Assembly (NCBI GenBank): GCA_028534125.1 | Contig: CM052817.1 | Coordinates: forward strand, 35,528,001 to 35,592,000 | DNA from: Lama glama | Taxonomy: Eukaryota | DNA: 64,000 nt | Reading direction: 5' to 3' | Part shown: piece after piece, positions 53,151 through 64,000 of the stretch | How the letters are laid out: every line of letters begins with the position of its first letter | Numbering within the stretch: position 1 is the first letter of the stretch | Position numbers and translations under genes: made by a program | Notes under the pieces: generated by a model | Databases searched by the model: none | The model's input: the letters and a program-made list of their open reading frames with translations, nothing else | Told to the model about the DNA's origin: nothing

Positions 53151-53669
53151 GGACGTAGGATCTATTGGTCTTGTATAATCAATTAGGAGTAGCATTGATT
53201 GTGATTAATTATTTGAACAGTTTTTTGTTGGGCTATTTATCACAGTAATATTACTAGAATGTAAGCTCTTTGAGGGCAAGGATTTTTAGTATGTTTTGTT
53301 CACTGCTAAATATGGTTTTATGGACCGTGCACTTATAGCATTTTGTAAATATTTGTGAAATGGATGAATGGATAAAATAAATGCAACATTTTTAGGATCA
53401 TATCTTCTGGGTAGTGGGGATAGTTTCATTCAAAGATGTTTATCTCAAAAATTTTTTTTCCTATAATTTCCAAATTGTGAAACCACAGAGTCTACAAACA
53501 AAAAAAAGCTCTAAAAACAACTTTGTGTGAAGAATGATAAATACTTGAGAATTCTCTCCAAAGAAGTACAATTTAAATTTATTGATGATTAGTTTTTTAA
53601 AAATTCTGAGAACCAGGTGTGTAGTGAGTTAGCAAAAATATTTTTTGATAAATTCTCAGTTTTGATCAC

Positions 53670-54680
53670 TATGTCTCTGTTTTCTCCCTCCTTCATAGGC
53701 TGCTTCTCCACGTCTGTCAAAGTTCTGCACATAGTAGTGCCCCAGGGGTCTGATCTTGGACCTCTGTCATACTCTCCCCCTGGGCATTGGGGTCCATGGT
53801 TTTTAATACCTTTGATATGCTGATGACTTCTGCATTTACATCTCCAGCTCCAAATTTGTAATTTCAACTACTTTGTCTACACGTCCACTTGGATGTCTAA
53901 TGTGCCTCCTCTGCAAACGTTCTTTATCACAGAAGTGGCATCAACACACATCCAACTGTTCAGGATAAAAATCTCAGGAAGCATCCTTGGTTCTTCTCAT
54001 CACTCCAATTGGTTCCACCTCCAAAATAAATCCTGAATCTGACCACTTCTCGCCAGTCCCCTGCTACACACTAATTTAAGGCACCATCTGCTCTTGCCTG
54101 GATTACTGCAAAAGCCACCTAATTTGTCTCCCTGCCTCCACTCTTACCTATCTCTTGTCCATTCTTCATCCAATGTCTTAAAATGTAAGTCAGGTCAGGG
54201 GCAGTCCATTACTTAAAGTCCTCCACTGGCTTCCCACTGCAACCAGAACAAATCCAAAGCCCTTATCATGACCTACATCATCACGCACGCTCTTGGCCTT
54301 GTGATTCCATCGCCCTCACCTTTCCCCCTCCTTCACCTAGAGCTTCAGCTGAACACACTGAACTGGCTCCTGCCTCCAGATCTCTGCCCTTGCTTTTCTG
54401 TGAGCCTGAAATGGTTGTCACCAAGGTCTTCACCAGGCTTCCCTCTCATCCTTCAGCTTTCAGCTCAAATGTCACCTCTGAAGGGCCTTTTCTGATCTTC
54501 CAATGGAAGTCTTTCCCTGCCCCCACCACTCTCTAGCACTTAATTTTAGGAAGTATTGTATTCACTTGTTTTGGAGTTCCCTGTGTCACCCCCTCCCTAG
54601 CACCTACACTAGAAAGCTTCTTGAGAGCAGTGACCTCCCTTGCCGAGTTCAGCCCCAAAACATTTCCTGGGACAGAGCAG
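53670..54680 (+). mobile_element. L2 fragments upstream of the SPINK2 promoter
   Basis: gtgccccaggggtc..atatgctgatgacttc..tccacttggatgtctaat..gaatctgaccacttctc. Confidence 0.7.
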
Positions 54681-54759
54681 ATGCTCAGAAACTGAGGTTG
54701 ACTGACAGAGCCATCCAGGGCTCTTACAAGGTTCTTGTTCGCTGCAGGGAGAGATGGTC

Positions 54760-55300
54760 CCCATAATCGTTTACTCCCGCCCTCCATGGGGCGAGGAGCT
54801 GAGGTCTAGCAACCACCTCTCCTCTAGCTTCCTCTCCCTCCTTCCTCCCTTCTGCCGCCCCGCCCCCCCGCATCCTTTCCTGCTCCTCCCCCCCCCTCCT
54901 ACCTGCCTGGCTCATCTCCCCTCCGCCCCATCCTCCCTCCGCTTACCGCCCCTCCCTCACCCCACCCTGTCGCGTGTCCGAACCGCGGGCTCCCTCCGAG
55001 TCGCGCGGGCGCCGAAGCGCTCGGTGACCGATGGCCGGCCGCGGAGGGAGGATGGCGCTCGCGGCGCTGCGTTTGGTGCCGTTGCTCCTGGTCTGGTGGG
55101 ACTCGGCAGGTAATGCTCCCCATTCGGCCGGCGGCCCTAGGACCGGCCGGCCAAGGAGCAACCAAAAGGGGGATCTCGCCGCAGCTGCCGCTCCCCGGAA
55201 CCGGGCCTTGGCGTCGTTCGGCCGCACCCGTTACTGGCGGTTCCGGGCCGGCCCTGCGGTCCTCGAGGGACTCGAAGTTGGGAGTGTGCAGGGATGGCAT
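54760..55300 (+). promoter_or_regulatory. CpG island / GC-box promoter of SPINK2
   Basis: Sharp rise in GC and CpG content, CCGCCC GC boxes and a C-rich tract upstream of exon 1. The only clear CpG island in the window. Confidence 0.8.
55052..55109 (+). CDS. SPINK2: SPINK2 coding exon 1 (signal peptide MALAALRLVPLLLVWWDSA, phase 1)
   Basis: ATG at 55052 in a strong Kozak context (aggATGG) inside a CpG island. The peptide resembles the human SPINK2 signal peptide MALSVLRLALLLLAVTFA. Donor cag|GTaatg at 55110. Confidence 0.9.
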
Positions 55301-55949
55301 TGTGCAGCCAGCAGCCCTCTTTAATTCTTGCTTGGGCTTCGTTCCCAGCATCTTCTTAGTGACACCTTGCTGTCTGCTCATTCTCCCTTCAAGCGGATTT
55401 TCTGGAGCCCAAGATCCGGAGTTGGGTGTTTATGGACCCAGGAGCCATACAGACCTCGGCAGGAGATGTACAGGAATCAGGAACTGTGAATGCTAAGCGT
55501 GCCAGGCACTCTGGGGCTCATGAAAAAGGGGCTTTTTAGTCCAGCCAGACTTGCCACCCATGTAAACTGGAGTTAAAATGTTAACACCTAATGTTAAGTT
55601 TCATGTTTATCACTCTGAGCCACAGAGGAAAAGAATATCGTGAATTAAGAGTTACTTCTCTGATTTTTGTTCCGCAGCTGTAAAGTCCTTCCCCAAGTAA
55701 TCCTATTAGGGTGGTCAGTTACGGAACCAGTACCAAATGATTTCTGTGTGCCTGCTAGGAGGGGTGTCAGAACACAACTGAATATCCTTTTTTGGAGGGG
55801 GTGGGGAGGCTGGCTTGAAAGAAGCTTGGTATCTGAGGGAAAGGGAGAAGGTGTGGCCTGTATAAATCACCAGCCGGATTTTTAAAATTCCTTATGAACA
55901 AGAATTAACTTTAATCTCATCCTTTAAAATGTCTGTTTCCTTCTTGCAG

Positions 55950-55993
55950 CCTCTCTGAACGCTCAGTTTGGTGAAACTTCAGAATACAGAACG
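55950..55993 (+). CDS. SPINK2: SPINK2 coding exon 2 (ASLNAQFGETSEYRT)
   Basis: Polypyrimidine acceptor ttccttcttgcAG and donor acg|GTaagt. The 44 nt complete phase 1 to phase 0. Resembles human ASLIPQFGLFSKYRT. Confidence 0.9.
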
Positions 55994-56291
55994 GTAAGTA
56001 CGAAACCACTTGTATTGTTTCTACTAATACAGTGAAGCCCACAGTAGTTTGGGCTGGAGGCTGGTTTTCAGGTCTGACCTGCCACTTTTGAAACCACTGA
56101 GTGCTTCTCTAGCAACCAGATTCGCAGGCAGGGCTTTGGACACAGATCACAACGTAAATTTTGGTTGAAAATTAGGTCAGGCCTTGAAGGCCCTAGGGCT
56201 TTGTTTCCTTCAATATTTCCTTTAATGATTCAGAAGGTCCTAGGCCTAAAGATTATACTTTGTACTAGATATATATTATCAAATTAAATTC

Positions 56292-56836
56292 TGTGAAACT
56301 AAAGGAAGACCAACCAAATGAGAACAAGCAAAAGCTAGTTATAGAGCTAGATGGAACTAGTGAGTCAGCCAAGCCACCTGCATTTTGGCTGAGATTCAAA
56401 GGCAGAGGAGCGGGAAAGCTTTACAATGGGGAAAAGGGAAGACTTCAGGTGTGCCCTGATTGAGGCTGTTGGCATGGGGAAGCTGTAGGTTGGTTAACTA
56501 GACGCAGGCGTGCTATGTGGTTGGTTGGGAGTGCGTATTTGGTTTTCTCTGATTGGTTGGAAGTTGGAAGCGGGGACAAAATTTAGGGAAGCTAATAGTT
56601 ATTACTCAAGCCCTGGCCATTTTGGGCTGATTGTTACAGAGGTTATTGTGTGGCTTCCTGGACTTCACTTGAGGTAGCCATCTGACTCCTGCCACGTCTG
56701 ACTTACAGCAGGTGGCTTCCTGGGCTGGGCATTCTAAATAATGAGTTGGTTTCCTGGGTGGGCTGCTGCAGGTTGTGGGTCAGAGTTCTATTTAAATATC
56801 TGGTCTGGCACTGTTCATTTTATATTCAGTCTCTCA
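56292..56836. mobile_element. Probable ERV LTR in SPINK2 intron 2
   Basis: tgtg...tca-bounded block with repeated gattgg/ggttgg motifs typical of antisense LTRs. Confidence 0.45.
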
Positions 56837-57049
56837 ATTCTCACAATGACCTTGTAAGATAGACAGATACTATTATTTTACCTGTAAGGATTTGACCTCA
56901 GTGGGTTAGGTAACTTTGAATATTCAATTCAGTGTAGACCTTTTCCAGGAAGCCTTCCCATTCTGTTTTCTTCCTCCAAAGCAGACATAAACACATTTTC
57001 TCTGTGCTTCCATTCAACTTATATGGCATCATCAGAATCACCATGTTAG

Positions 57050-58957
57050 TGTAGGGGAGGAAAAAATCTTTCCTCTACCTTTCTAAGCTCTCAGCTGGGC
57101 ATGCATAACATAGGACAGATTAACAAGAGAAAAACAAACAGCCATTTATTAACAAGTGCTTGGTGCATACATAGGGGAGCACTCAGAGATGAGTAACTCA
57201 AAGAGGTGGCTTAGAATTCTGGCTAATATAGCATCTTTAACAAAGAGCACCTACAGTCAACTTATCTTTGACAAAGGAGGCAAGAATATACAATGGAGAA
57301 AAAGACAGTCTCTTCAGCAAGTGGTGTTGGGAAAACTGGACAGCAGCATGTAAATCAATCAAGTTAGAACACTCCCTCACACCATACACAAAAATAAACT
57401 CAAAATAACTTAAAGACTTAAATATAAGACAAGACACTATAAACCTCCTAAAAGAAAACATAGGCAAATCATTCTCTGACATAAATCTTAGCAATATTCT
57501 CCTAAGGCAGTCTACCCAGGCAATAGAAATAAAGGCAAAAATAAACAAATGGGATCTCGTTAAACTTACAAGCTTTTCACAGCAAAGGAAACCATAAGCA
57601 AAACAAAATGATAACCTACGAAATGGGAAAAAAATATTTGCAAATGATGCGACTGACAAAGGCTTAATCTCCAGAATATATAAACAGCTCATACAACTTA
57701 ATAACAACCCCCTCCAGACAATCCAATCCAAAAATGGGCAGAAGACCTAAACAAGCAATTCTCTAATGGAAGACATATAAATGCCCAATAGGCACATGAA
57801 AAAAATGCTCAGTATCACTGATTATCAGAGAAATGCAAATCAAAACTACAATGAGGTGTCACCTCACACCAGTCAGAATGGCCATCATTCAAAAGTCCAT
57901 GGATGATAAATGCTGGAGAGGGTGTGGAGAAAAGGGAACCCTCCTACACTACAGTGGGAATGTAGTATGGTGCAGCCATTATGGAAAATAGTATGGAGAT
58001 TCCCCAAAAAGTTAAAAATAGACTTACCATATGATCCAGCAATCCCACTCCTGGGCATATATCCAGAGGGAACTCTAATTTGAAAAGATACATGCACCCC
58101 AGTGTTCACAGCAACATTATATGCAATAGCCAAGACATGGAAGTGACCTAAATGTCCACCAACAGATAACTGGATAAAGAAGCTGTGGTATATTTATACA
58201 AGAGAATACTACCCAGTAATGAAAAAGAATAAAATAATGCCATCTGCAGCAACATGGATGGATCTGGAGATCGTCATCCTAAGTAAAGTAAGCCAGAAAG
58301 AGAAAAATGCCATGTGATACCACTCATATGTGGAATCTAAAAAAAGAAAAAAAGAGGACACTAATGAAGTCTACAAAAATAGAAACTGACTTGTAGACAA
58401 TCTTATGGTTATTGGGGGAAAGGGGGTGGGAAGGGATAAATTTGGGAGTTTGAGATTTGCAAATGTTAACCACTATATATAAAAATAGATAAACAAATTT
58501 CCTCTGTATAGCACAGGGAACTATATTCAATATCTTGTAATAACTTTTAATGGAAAATATGAAAACAAATATATGTATATATATGCATGACTGGGACATA
58601 ATGCTGTATACTAGAAACTGACACATTGTAACTGACTATACTTCAATAAAAAAAAGAGCAATACATTTGTAGAAAAATGACTGGACAAAGGAAAATGATT
58701 TTAGGCTTCCAAGGGTGGCAAACAGTGGGAAGATAATATATAGGAGGAAACTAATGGAGTATGATTTGTCTGCAGATTCCTCAGGTGCCATCTCTGGGCT
58801 GATAAGAGTCCAGAGTCATTTCCAGTAAAGGAGAATTTATATCCTGCCTTTAAGCAGAAAAAGAAGCGATTAATCTGCTTCTTAACTGCCTTTAGCTCAG
58901 AATAATTTTTATGACATAGAGCCATATTTTCAGGGTGACATATACTGGTTTCCTTCA
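57050..58957 (-). mobile_element. MER34-like LTR interrupted by an L1
   Basis: LTR halves at 57050-57249 and 58653-58957 flank the L1. Confidence 0.6.
57250..58652 (+). mobile_element. 5'-truncated L1 (ORF2 C-terminal part + 3' UTR)
   Basis: ORF2-like peptide ([19 protein letters not shown]), L1 3' UTR, poly(A), and TSD aaagagca at 57242-57249 and 58653-58660. Confidence 0.9.
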
Positions 58958-59339
58958 ACGGTAAATACTTGTATACCATTTACTATGTGCCAAGCACCAT
59001 TCTAAATGCTTTATGTAGAATAACTCGTTTAATCTTTTAGAGCACTGTGAGGTAGTTACCATTACTATTCCCTTGGTCAAGGTCGCATGGTAATGTGACC
59101 AATAGGGGTTCATCCCAGGCATTCTGACTCCAGACCTGGTACTCCTTACTAGCCCAGCATAGCACTGAATTGTAATTGCCCGTCTCCTCCTGGGCTGTAT
59201 ACTCCTGGGAGTCATGGATGATGTCTTATTTGTTGTTTGCTGCCCAGTCTCCAGCACTTCATGGGTGCTCAATAATACATTTGGTCATATGACTCAGTTT
59301 TCTTGAGTTTGAATTTCTTTCAGAAAATGGGAATAATAA

Positions 59340-60094
59340 CAGTAGAAACTCTATCAGCCACCCTCCATTTACGCAAGCTCACATACAACCTTCCCCTGTC
59401 TCTCTGAACGGTTCCTACAGCAGATCAATTACTCACTGGTTGTAGATGGACTACTGTCTTGTATGACTCCTCTCCTGGATGCCAGTAGAGTGTATTTCCC
59501 ATCAGTGGAGTTACGTTCTTACCAAGACTCATGTGTGTGTTCACAAGCCTGTTACGTGGGCCTCCACTCTTATTTTAATAAAAAATGTAAAGACAGCATA
59601 AACATGAGTGTGAAGAAATAAAGTAGTTTATATAAGAACTGTGTTGGATGCTTTTGAAAGACTAGCTAAAGGACGAATTACTAAAAAAAAATTGCTGTTG
59701 AATTAGGTGTAGGTAAAACAACTGTAAATAATGGGAAAAGATTTTTTAGAATCGTATATTTCCTTGGTTTGCCAGTGTCTTAAAAGTCTCACCATATTTT
59801 TAAATGGGGAGTTTTACTCCCCAGCAGACATTCAGATTGTCATTCTGGTTGTCATGACTGGGGAGTTGTTACTGGCATCTAGTGGATAAAGAACCGAGAT
59901 GCTACTAAACATCCTACAATGCACGGGACAGCCTCACACAGCAAAGAGTTACCTCGTCCAAAATACGAAGGGGGTCGAGAAATCCCATTTTAAAGAAGCC
60001 AAAACAGGAAATCACAGGTGATTTATTCTGAGTATGATTTTTGCAGTGATAGCACACAGAACTCTAACTAGTTGAAACATTCAAAGGAAAGGTC
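59340..60094 (+). mobile_element. Tigger13-like (TcMar-Tigger) DNA transposon, 5' part, cut by the gap, with a nested MER20 (about 59805-59987)
   Basis: Begins with TIR-like cagtagaaactctatc and contains the Tigger HTH-coding remnant (gaaagactagctaaaggacga..attgctgttgaattaggtgtaggtaaaacaactgta). Runs to the gap edge. Confidence 0.7.
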
Positions 60095-60594
60095 NNNNNN
60101 NNNNNNNNNNNNNNNNNNNNNNNNNNNNNNNNNNNNNNNNNNNNNNNNNNNNNNNNNNNNNNNNNNNNNNNNNNNNNNNNNNNNNNNNNNNNNNNNNNNN
60201 NNNNNNNNNNNNNNNNNNNNNNNNNNNNNNNNNNNNNNNNNNNNNNNNNNNNNNNNNNNNNNNNNNNNNNNNNNNNNNNNNNNNNNNNNNNNNNNNNNNN
60301 NNNNNNNNNNNNNNNNNNNNNNNNNNNNNNNNNNNNNNNNNNNNNNNNNNNNNNNNNNNNNNNNNNNNNNNNNNNNNNNNNNNNNNNNNNNNNNNNNNNN
60401 NNNNNNNNNNNNNNNNNNNNNNNNNNNNNNNNNNNNNNNNNNNNNNNNNNNNNNNNNNNNNNNNNNNNNNNNNNNNNNNNNNNNNNNNNNNNNNNNNNNN
60501 NNNNNNNNNNNNNNNNNNNNNNNNNNNNNNNNNNNNNNNNNNNNNNNNNNNNNNNNNNNNNNNNNNNNNNNNNNNNNNNNNNNNNNNNNNNNNN
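60095..60594. other. Assembly gap (500 N)
   Basis: Run of exactly 500 N. Confidence 1.
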
Positions 60595-61719
60595 TCATTT
60601 TTGGATTTTTTTCAAAGCCTACTCTCTTGAGTCTTACTGAGTTTTCTCTTCCCCCAAACCTGGCAAATACCTCAAGTTTATATCATTCATTTACCAGTTT
60701 ACCCAATGTTTTATTTAGTGTTATTTACCTTTATGTGCATGTCCAGTTTCCTCAGGTAAGCATCTCAAAAGGAGGTTTTTTTTCTTAATACATTTGCTGA
60801 AGTTACAGCTCCTTGGATATGCTCAACAATGCTCAGTAAGGATTAACTGTAATAGGCCATATATAGGTGAAAATGAAAGCTAAAGATGTTGATAAAAAGA
60901 AGACTTACTGTAAAGTAAAATAACATGGAAAAGTTAATTGTAAGAAGAAGTCTAAAATTCATCTAGAAGGAACAGGATATGTACTGATACACTAAGGAGG
61001 CCATACTTAACCTTACCTTGAGAACAATTCCTAAGAATGGGAATTTCCAGTGATAACGTCCTATAGGAATTGTTTCATAAGCAAATCACGTATTCAATCA
61101 GCAATTTATATTGAGTATCTGCTGTATATTAACTCCTGAGATACAGATATGAGTAAGTCAGAGATGGCCCAAACTTTGTGGAGATTATAGTGTACTGAGA
61201 AAGGCTAATACTAATTGCATGAAGATAATTAAATTACTATTAATAGATTGCATGTAAATAAATAGTTTACTTAAAAGTAACATCTGACAATATACCTGAC
61301 TAGGAATCCTCAAAACTGTCAAGGTTATGAAAAATAAAGAAAGTTTGAGGAACTGTCATCACCTAGAGACATAACAATGAAACATAATGTGGTATCCTGG
61401 ATGGAACTCTGGAACAGAGAAAGGACATTAGGCAAAAACTACAGAAATCTGAAAAAACTATGGAATTTAGTTAATATTAATGTATCAAAAGTAACAATTG
61501 CATATTGATTCATTAATGATAACAAATGTGCTATTTTAATATAATAATAGGGGAAACTACATTGGGCTGAATGTATATGGGATATTGTACTATCTGCTCA
61601 ATTTTTCTGTAAATCTAAAACTGTTCTAAAAATAAAGTCTCAAAAAATTGTAAATATTTTCACTGTAAATAAAACAAAAATTATTTATGATAAACACTGA
61701 GAAGGTAAAACACTAGATG

Positions 61720-63586
61720 TTGAGTTCCAGTCAAGACGGTGGGGTAGTAAGACCATGAGCTTGCCTCTCCTTATGACTATAATGAAACTGAATGCTAAAC
61801 AACCATCGAAAAAAGACTGGAACCTAGCAAAAAAGATCTTCTGCAACTGGAAACATAAAGAGGGAACCACAGCAGGAAGGTAGGAGGGGCGTGCTTGTGA
61901 TATAATTGGGCCCCATACCCCCTGGGTGGGTGACCCACAAGCTGAAGATTAGTTCAGTCACAGAGGCCCTCCCACAGGAGTGAGAGCTCTAAGCCCCACG
62001 TCAGTCTCCCCAGCTCGGTTTCTGGCATTGGGAAAAGAAGGAGACCCCAGGACATCTGGTTTTGAAGGCCAGGGGGATTTGGCTCTGGGAGTCTCATAGG
62101 ACTAGGGTAAATGGAGATTCCATTCACTTGAGAAGCCTACACGGAAACTCATGTGCGCCAGGTCCTAGGGCAGAGGCAGTGATTTCACAGGAACCTGGGC
62201 CAGACCTGCCTGCTGGATTTGGAGGGTCTCCTGGGGACATGGGGGATGGCTGCGGCTCACTCAGGGGACATAAACTGGTGGCAGACATTCCGGGAGTGTT
62301 AATCTACATGAGTTTTCCTGGAAGCTGACAACTTGATTGGATCATTAGCACCAAGATCTAGTCCCACCCAACAGCCTGTAGAGAAGCCTCAGGCCAAACA
62401 ATATACAGGGTGGGAACACAGCCACATCCATTATCAGACTTCTTAAGCCACAGAGGCCTCTAGACATGGCCCTACCCACCAGAGGTCCAGGACCATGCTT
62501 CACCCAGCAGTGGGCAGGCACTGGCTCCTCCTGCCAGGAAACCTGGATAAGCCCCTAGTCCAGCCTCGTCCACCAGGGACAGATAGTAGAAATAAGAAAA
62601 CAGTAATCCCACAGCCCATGGAAGGAATCCACAAACACAGAGAAAGACAATATGAGGCCACAAAGGACTATCTCCCAGGCCAAGGCACAAGATAAAATCC
62701 TTGAAGAGGAAATAAGTGACGGGGAGATAGGTAATTTATCTGAGAAAGAGTTTAAAGTAGTGATGGCCAAGATGTTCAGAGAACTCAAGAGGAGTAGAGA
62801 TGCACAGAGTGAAGTTTTTAGCAAACAGTTGGAAAATATAAAGAATACCCAAACAGAGTTGAAGAATAAAATCACTGAAATGAACAATACACTAGAAGGA
62901 ACAAAGATAGACTAAATGAAGCAAAAGAACGGATCAGTGAGCTAGAAGACAGATTAGTGGAAATCACTACTTCAGAACAGAAAAAAGGATAAAAAGGAAT
63001 GAGGATAGTTTAAAAGAACTCTGGGACAACATGAAGTGCTCTAATCGCATTATAGGGGGTCCCAGAAAGAGAAGAGAGAGAGAAAGGACCTGAGAAAATT
63101 TTTGGAGAGATAATAACCGAAAACTTGCCCATCTTGGGAAAGGAAACAATCACCCGAGTCCTGGAAGTGCAGAGGGTACCACACAGAATCACCCCAAAGA
63201 GGAACACACCAAGGCAAATAGTCATCAAGTTGACAATTAAGGATAAGGAGAAAATATTAAAATTAGCAAGAGAAAAGCAGTGGATAGCATACAAGGGAAC
63301 TCCCATAAGGTTATTAGCTGATTTTTCAGCAGAAACTCTACAGACCAGAAGGGAGTGGCAAGATATATTTAAAATGATGCAAGGGGGAAACTTACAACCA
63401 AGAATACTTGTTCCAGCAAGGCTCTCCTTCAGACTTGATGGAGAAATCAAAAGCTTCACAGATAAAAGCTGAAAGATTTCAGCACCACCAAATCAGCTTT
63501 ACAACAAATGTTAAAGGAACTTCTCCAGTCATCAAACCATAAGAAAAGAGGACGAAAAGAAAAGAGAGAGAGAAAAAAAAGAGATC
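61720..63586 (+). mobile_element. L1 5' UTR + frameshifted ORF1
   Basis: ORF1p-like peptides (EKEFKVVMAKMFREL; QRVPHRITPKRNTPRQIVIKL..YKGTPIRLLADFSAETLQTRREWQDIF..YPARLSF-like). Confidence 0.9.
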
Positions 63587-64000
63587 TACAAAAGATTGCT
63601 TTGGCTGTTAGGGGTCTTTTGTGGTTCCTTATAAATTTTGGAATTGTTTGCTCTAGTTTTGTGAGGAAGGTTGTGAGTATTTTGATGGGGATTGTGTTGG
63701 ATCTGTGGACTGCTTTGGGTAGTGTGGCCATTTGAGTATTGATTCTTCCAATCCAAGAGTGCAAGAAATCTTTCCATTTCTTTGTATCACTTCAGTTTTC
63801 AGAGTATAGGTAACCTCTTTGGTTAAGTTTATTTCTAGGTATTTTGTTATTTTTGATATAATGGAAATGTCTCTGCCAGTTATAAAATTCTGGTTTTTGA
63901 AGTGAAAAAAAAGTGAATGAAGGGCCACAAATGGCAAAATATCATTTTTATGGGTGAGTTGTATTCCATTATATATATATAAAATGCTGCATCTCCATTA
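63587..64000 (-). mobile_element. Antisense L1 ORF2/3' fragments
   Basis: Minus-strand HSWIGRIN..MATLPKAVHRSNTIPIKI..LEQTIPKFIRNHKRP. Confidence 0.8.

Noticed and set aside
54754..55496. Several overlapping 94-160 aa ORFs
   Set aside because: Expected stop-codon depletion in a GC-rich CpG island. Only the SPINK2 exon 1 portion is supported.
30916..55993. Trans-splicing, or two divergent partial SPINK paralogues
   Set aside because: Each exon occurs once, the phases fit one gene, the strand switch coincides with scaffold gaps, and a transposon is split at the same gap edges. Mis-orientation is far simpler.
60068..60788. Long ORFs of 176 and 238 aa
   Set aside because: Artefacts of translating through the N gap.
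1..64000. CRISPR arrays, operons or other prokaryote-type systems
   Set aside because: The sequence is clearly mammalian, and I saw no regularly spaced repeat arrays or dense ORF clusters.

Overview
Repeat-rich mammalian genomic DNA, probably camelid: it carries many tRNA-derived SINEs of the camelid Vic-1 type and cetartiodactyl-style L1 3' ends. Two 500-N scaffold gaps (33302-33801, 60095-60594) bound a 26.3-kb contig. The only intact protein-coding gene I can support is SPINK2 (Kazal-type acrosin/trypsin inhibitor, 85 aa), and it is split across strands. Exons 1-2 are on + at about 55-56 kb inside the gap-bounded contig, while exons 3-4 are on - at about 31-32 kb. A Tigger13-like DNA transposon is split across the same two gap edges, which independently indicates that the contig is inverted, most likely by scaffold mis-orientation. 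The most novel candidate is a heavily decayed, intronless Rho/Rac-family small GTPase pseudogene at about 17485-18096 (+). The rest is L1, L2, SINEs, MaLR/ERV LTRs (including two clean solo LTRs) and DNA transposons. I see no evidence of a new multi-gene system. Repeat subfamily names come from recalled consensus similarity, not from a search.
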